Below, one piece after another: positions 16,162 through 20,000 of a stretch of 20,000 nucleotides of DNA. Each line of letters begins with the position of its first letter. Within the stretch, counting starts at the first letter, position 1. The notes beneath the pieces were generated by a model that did no database searches, was not told the origin of the DNA, and saw nothing but the letters and a program-made list of their open reading frames with translations. This DNA comes from an uncultured virus (IMG/VR IMGVR_UViG_2922252024_000010) (Duplodnaviria; Heunggongvirae; Uroviricota; Caudoviricetes). The translations under genes were made by a program, and so were the position numbers. Where the stretch lies: the IMG/VR virus record IMGVR_UViG_2922252024_000010; one strand, written 5' to 3'.

Positions 16162-16412
16162 CCGTATTTGAATATCTCCAGGCTCACCCAAACGCCACCA
16201 GCGCTGAAATAGCTAAGGGTTTAAACAAAAAGACAGCTTCGATCGCTGGCGCATTATCGCAACTCTATGGCACCGGCCGGATCGTGAAGTCTGGTGTTCG
16301 CAAGGGCATACCAACATACCGTGTTAACGATATGCCGTTTGGGTGCAGTAACAGCCTAACCATGATGTTTAACCAGCTATTGAATAGCGCCAGACAGGGA
16401 GCAGCCCAATGA
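16158..16412 (+). CDS. Winged-HTH DNA-binding protein
   Basis: VFEYLQAHPNATSAEIAKGL...ASIAGALSQLYGTGRIV pattern. Confidence 0.75.
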   Translation: MTVFEYLQAHPNATSAEIAKGLNKKTASIAGALSQLYGTGRIVKSGVRKGIPTYRVNDMPFGCSNSLTMMFNQLLNSARQGAAQ

Positions 16413-16939
16413 CAGCACTCAACAAACAGGCGCTGCGGAGTAAGTCGCGGTCGGCAAGCTCAGGCGAATGGATTAAAGAGTCTGGTGATGGTTGGGAGGC
16501 TATTTGCAGTTCTGACGACCAGGTCAACGGCAACTTCATCATCGCGCATCTTGAGGGGCCAGATGCGAAGGAAAACAGAGAGTTTATCCAAGCAGCTAAC
16601 CCAGACATCATTCTGGCGCTGCTGGATGAGCTGGAAGCCGCGCAGAAAAGCAATGAATTTCTGAAAGAGCAACTCGCGCAGCTGGCAAGCTTCAACCCTG
16701 ACTGGGACAAGCTGGAAGCAGCAACTGACAGCATCCGTGAGCACATGGTGGAACTCATTTCAGCGCGCAATCGCATCGCTGAGCTGGAGGCGCGGGATGT
16801 TAACTTGCCAAAACGCAGCGTTGGTGAAGTCATGCACATGAGCGGATTCAGCCGGGATTATGCCGAGGGATGGTGTGCTGGTAATGACAACGCTATTCAC
16901 GAAATCCGCGCCGCTGGCATTGGCGTGAAGGAGGAGTGA
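16409..16939 (+). CDS. Ead/Ea22-like protein
   Basis: MTALNKQALR start and FIQAANPDIILALLDELEA signature; AIRAAGI-type end. Confidence 0.85.
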   Translation: MTALNKQALRSKSRSASSGEWIKESGDGWEAICSSDDQVNGNFIIAHLEGPDAKENREFIQAANPDIILALLDELEAAQKSNEFLKEQLAQLASFNPDWDKLEAATDSIREHMVELISARNRIAELEARDVNLPKRSVGEVMHMSGFSRDYAEGWCAGNDNAIHEIRAAGIGVKEE

Positions 16940-16940
16940 G

Positions 16941-17696
16941 ATGATTCACTATCACGGCGGACCAATAACGCCGGATACGTGCGCCATGAAAGCGTGGAAA
17001 GGACGCCATGCGTTTATCAGTTTCGCGCACTCAGGGCAAATTAACCTCGCGGCTGAATACTGCCAGTCATTCGCGCTGGACAACGGTGCATTCACTGCGT
17101 GGAAAGCAGCTGGCAAAAACAAAATCGACTGGAGCGATTACTACGAGTTTGTGGCCCGCTGGAAAAATCATCCTGGCTTTGATTTCGCCATCATCCCGGA
17201 TGTTATCGACGGCGGCGAGGAAGAGAACGAAGCGCTTCTTGATGAGTGGCCGCATGGGGAGTTTTTCGGCGTTCCTGTCTGGCACATGAATGAAAGCGAC
17301 GAGCGTTTTATCAGGCTCTGCAATGAGTATCCCCGCGTTGCAATCGGTTCATGTGGTGACTATGACGTTAAGCGTCCCAACCTTGCTGTAGCCAGAATGA
17401 AAGACCTGATTCGTCATGTTGTTGATGCTCACAGCCAACCTGTCACGAAGTTACACGGATTGCGTATGCTAAACCCACTAATTTTCACAAAGCTACCATT
17501 AGCCAGCGCTGACAGCACAAACGTCGCCCGCAATATCGGCATTGATAAAGCCTGGTCAGGAGCTTATGCGCCAGCCAGCAAAGAGACACGCGCCGCGCTG
17601 ATGGTTGAGCGCATTGAATCGCATAACAGCCCCGGCTCTCTCGCGTACTGCGAGCAGCGTGACCGATTCGACATGCAACTGCAATTAGCAGTGTAA
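16941..17696 (+). CDS. Putative TGT/DpdA-like (deazaguanine transglycosylase fold) protein
   Basis: Ordered motifs LDNGAF, IIPDVI, VPVWH, VAIGS, KLHGL and SADSTN parallel TGT/DpdA motifs; strong AAGGAGGAG RBS. Confidence 0.6.
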   Translation: MIHYHGGPITPDTCAMKAWKGRHAFISFAHSGQINLAAEYCQSFALDNGAFTAWKAAGKNKIDWSDYYEFVARWKNHPGFDFAIIPDVIDGGEEENEALLDEWPHGEFFGVPVWHMNESDERFIRLCNEYPRVAIGSCGDYDVKRPNLAVARMKDLIRHVVDAHSQPVTKLHGLRMLNPLIFTKLPLASADSTNVARNIGIDKAWSGAYAPASKETRAALMVERIESHNSPGSLAYCEQRDRFDMQLQLAV

Positions 17697-17706
17697 GGAC
17701 TACCCC

Positions 17707-18147
17707 ATGACAACTAACAACCACCCGGCGCACGGTCCTGTATCACTCGATCGCCTGCACCAAATACGCGACCACCTGCAGCATGATACCCAGTACTCAA
17801 ACGGCGGGAACAGAGCTTACATTCTCGCTGATATGTTGAATGTGATTGATGAGGTGCTAGCATCGAGGAACGCAGAGCCAGTATTTTTCATCGAGGTTGA
17901 TGGAGACGACTGGATTCAAGCTGGCAGGATTCCGGGCAGTACGTTTGATTTTAATAATCTGCCGGATGGCGTCAATAAGCTCTGGGCCTCCCCGCAGCCA
18001 GCGGCAGTAGTGCCGGATGAAAAGCCGATGCCAGAAGCGTCGAAAATGCATGCGATAGACGCTGTAGCTGCAATCGCTGAAGTCAAGGGATGGAACGCCT
18101 GCCGCACTGCAATGCTTAAAGCAGCACCAAAACAGGAGAATATTTAA
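17707..18147 (+). CDS. Eaa-like mosaic early protein
   Basis: LASRNAEPV, PQPAAVVPDE, GWNACRTAML and AAPKQE modules typical of lambdoid eaa-region genes. Confidence 0.7.
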   Translation: MTTNNHPAHGPVSLDRLHQIRDHLQHDTQYSNGGNRAYILADMLNVIDEVLASRNAEPVFFIEVDGDDWIQAGRIPGSTFDFNNLPDGVNKLWASPQPAAVVPDEKPMPEASKMHAIDAVAAIAEVKGWNACRTAMLKAAPKQENI

Positions 18148-18148
18148 C

Positions 18149-18721
18149 GTGAACAATTTAATGATCGACCTCGAATCCATGGGCAAAAAACCGAATGCCC
18201 CTATCGTCTCCATTGGTGCCGTGTTCTTCGATCCGCAAAGCGGTGAACTGGGTCAGGAGTTTTACACCGCCGTTAACCTTGAAAGTGCTATGGAACAGGG
18301 AGCAGTGCCGGATGGTGACACTATTCTGTGGTGGTTAAAACAAAGCCCAGAAGCACGATCAGCAATCTGTGTTGATGATTCTCTGCCAATATCGTCTGCC
18401 CTATTTGAACTGAGCCATTTCATTAATCGGCATTCTGATAACCCTAAATATTTAAAAGTTTGGGGCAATGGAGCTACTTTCGACAACGTTATATTGCGCG
18501 GCGCATATGAGCGCGCCGACCAGGTTTGTCCATGGCAATTTTGGAACGATCACGACGTCAGAACCATCGTCACATTAGGCAGAGTTGTGGGTTTCGATCC
18601 AAAGCGAGATATGCCATTCGATGGGGTTGCACATAACGCACTGGCCGATGCGCGACATCAAGCAAAATACGTGTCCGCGATCTGGCAGAAGTTGATTCCG
18701 GCCACCAGCAGAGACCTGTAA
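18149..18721 (+). CDS. DEDDh 3'-5' exonuclease (exonuclease VIII-associated / Rv2179c-like)
   Basis: LMIDLESMG, WGNGATFDNVIL and HNALADA motifs; GTG start. Confidence 0.9.
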   Translation: MNNLMIDLESMGKKPNAPIVSIGAVFFDPQSGELGQEFYTAVNLESAMEQGAVPDGDTILWWLKQSPEARSAICVDDSLPISSALFELSHFINRHSDNPKYLKVWGNGATFDNVILRGAYERADQVCPWQFWNDHDVRTIVTLGRVVGFDPKRDMPFDGVAHNALADARHQAKYVSAIWQKLIPATSRDL

Positions 18722-18759
18722 TTTTCCCTGGGTGCAGCCAGGTTGTATGGAGAATGTCT

Positions 18760-19032
18760 ATGAATACTTTGTTTTTACTTATGGCTGAGTTCAACACGCC
18801 TAACATCGAGCTGTCAGCGGTATGCCAAAAGTATTTCGGTATGAGCCCTAACACAGCAGAAGCGAAAGCAAATGCCTGTCAGTTGCCGATCCCGACTTAC
18901 CGTGTAGGAACATCACAGAAAGCGAAGCGCTGTATCAACATTCAGGATCTTGCTGAGTATATAGACCAGCGGCGTGAAGAAGGCAGAATTGAATGGGAAA
19001 GGGTCAGAACGAACAAACAGAAAAATAGTTGA
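18760..19032 (+). CDS. PrtN-family DNA-binding protein, probable excisionase
   Basis: MNTLFLLMAEF...SQKAKRCINIQDLAEYID; last gene of the early-left operon. Confidence 0.8.
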   Translation: MNTLFLLMAEFNTPNIELSAVCQKYFGMSPNTAEAKANACQLPIPTYRVGTSQKAKRCINIQDLAEYIDQRREEGRIEWERVRTNKQKNS

Positions 19033-19045
19033 GTTCCGCACCGAT

Positions 19046-19078
19046 AAAAAAAGAAAAACCCGCCAGATGGCGGGCTTT
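19046..19078. terminator. Intrinsic terminator between convergent units (stronger on the minus strand)
   Basis: CCCGCC-AGAT-GGCGGG hairpin, long A-tract on the left and TTT on the right. Confidence 0.85.
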
Positions 19079-19097
19079 CAAAAAGCACCAGCTATGA

Positions 19098-19271
19098 TCA
19101 TGCTGCCTTGCGACGACGAAGCTTACCCTGCTGCTCTTTACCAGAGACAATAGCGTGCGTGAACGCGTTAGGAGCAGCCTTCATCAGAACTTCAACAGCA
19201 GCACCCATACCTGCGAATGCTTTCATTGTGTCGAACTTAACCTGTGGCTTGGTTGCTTTTTGATCTTTCAT
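19098..19271 (-). CDS. Small basic protein (57 aa, absent from the ORF track)
   Basis: MKDQKATKPQVKFDTMKAFAGMGAAVEVLMKAAPNAFTHAIVSGKEQQGKLRRRKAA*; GGGAG RBS and a downstream terminator. Confidence 0.75.
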   Translation of the reverse strand: MKDQKATKPQVKFDTMKAFAGMGAAVEVLMKAAPNAFTHAIVSGKEQQGKLRRRKAA

Positions 19272-19466
19272 AGAAAACTCCCGAGACGATAAGGGCGTCT
19301 CTAACCTCTTAGTTAAAGCTAGCTTGTCCAGCCAACTTGTGCCAATCGGTTCCTCCGATTGGTGACATCGTTTTCAGTAGTGCGAATACATAACGACTGT
19401 CCCAGATGTACCTTTAAGGTAATCCGGATGGATATCCTACAATCTGTAGACACTCGGCGTCTACAT

Positions 19467-20000
19467 CTATTGTGCGAATTTAAGAAATGTCTCTTGCAGA
19501 TTATCTGTGGCTGTAGACATTACGTAGCCACACTTTTCCATACAAAAACCGAACGACTCATAAAATGGCCGCAATTCAGGAACTGGTTCAATGATTTGAA
19601 CAACCTCACACTCGACAGCCTTACAAAAAACAAAGGCACTCATTAGTGTGAGCAAAACCATTCGCCCTTTTAGTGGGTGTGATTCATCTTCCCTTGAGAA
19701 CCTTTCAACAATATGGATGCGAAAGATTTTATCTTCAACCCCGTAAACACAAATTGCCGCCCCTGAAGGAATCCCCTGCACTACTCCTTGCTGAACAAGT
19801 TTGATGCAAAATTCATACTTGTCATCAGAATTACCATAGGCACCGAGCATATAGTCCCACTCAAGCTCGCCATAACCACCACAGAGGATCTTGTAATCTT
19901 CATCACTGATCGGGCCAACTGCGAGAGGCAACCCCACATGGTCAATAACTAACTGAATGTTGTTACGAACAGATTGACCTATCTCGTCTAAAGTGAGCAT
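19467..20000 (-). CDS. Putative GNAT-fold N-acetyltransferase
   Basis: 177 aa with motif-B-like PELRPFYESFGF; ATG lies at the window edge, so the true start cannot be verified. Confidence 0.65.
   Translation of the reverse strand: MLTLDEIGQSVRNNIQLVIDHVGLPLAVGPISDEDYKILCGGYGELEWDYMLGAYGNSDDKYEFCIKLVQQGVVQGIPSGAAICVYGVEDKIFRIHIVERFSREDESHPLKGRMVLLTLMSAFVFCKAVECEVVQIIEPVPELRPFYESFGFCMEKCGYVMSTATDNLQETFLKFAQ

Larger units (their letters stand above)
12302..20000. mobile_element. Immunity and early-left region of a lambdoid (SfV/e14-like) prophage
   Basis: ymfL-cro | cI - PL operon (rdgC, yfdR, ead-like, exonuclease, xis-like); integrase expected beyond the window. Confidence 0.88.

Noticed and set aside
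14518..19646. Overlapping ORFs within early genes, and the + strand ORF at 19359-19646
   Set aside because: They overlap better-supported CDSs and have no motif or RBS support

Overview
The window holds two nested enterobacterial prophages. Bases 1-12301 are the late/right arm of a Mu-like transposable prophage on the + strand. It carries a full contractile-tail module (sheath, tube, chaperone with a Mu-type -2 frameshift site, tape measure, DNA-circularization protein, gp44-gp48 baseplate), a Gly-rich tail fibre, tfa and a Pin/Gin-family invertase. No com/mom follows; a Mu R-end-like terminus (...CA at 12300-12301) comes 65 bp after the invertase. That end interrupts the ymfL-like gene of a second, lambdoid SfV/e14-like prophage (12302-20000), with TCGGC as the probable 5-bp target. 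The second prophage shows cro, cI, operators and PR/PL promoters. Its early-left operon contains rdgC, yfdR, Ead/Ea22-like, a TGT/DpdA-like ORF, a DEDD exonuclease and a PrtN-like excisionase, followed by a convergent GNAT-like plus 57-aa gene pair. The most interesting signals are the stand-alone TGT/DpdA-like gene, dense RNA structure in the PL transcript (including a tRNA-fMet anticodon-arm look-alike and repeated GUGCAG-loop hairpins beside ribosome-binding sites), and a fibre cassette that appears captured from a P2/P88-like phage. Family assignments come from recalled motifs and synteny; no database searches were run.
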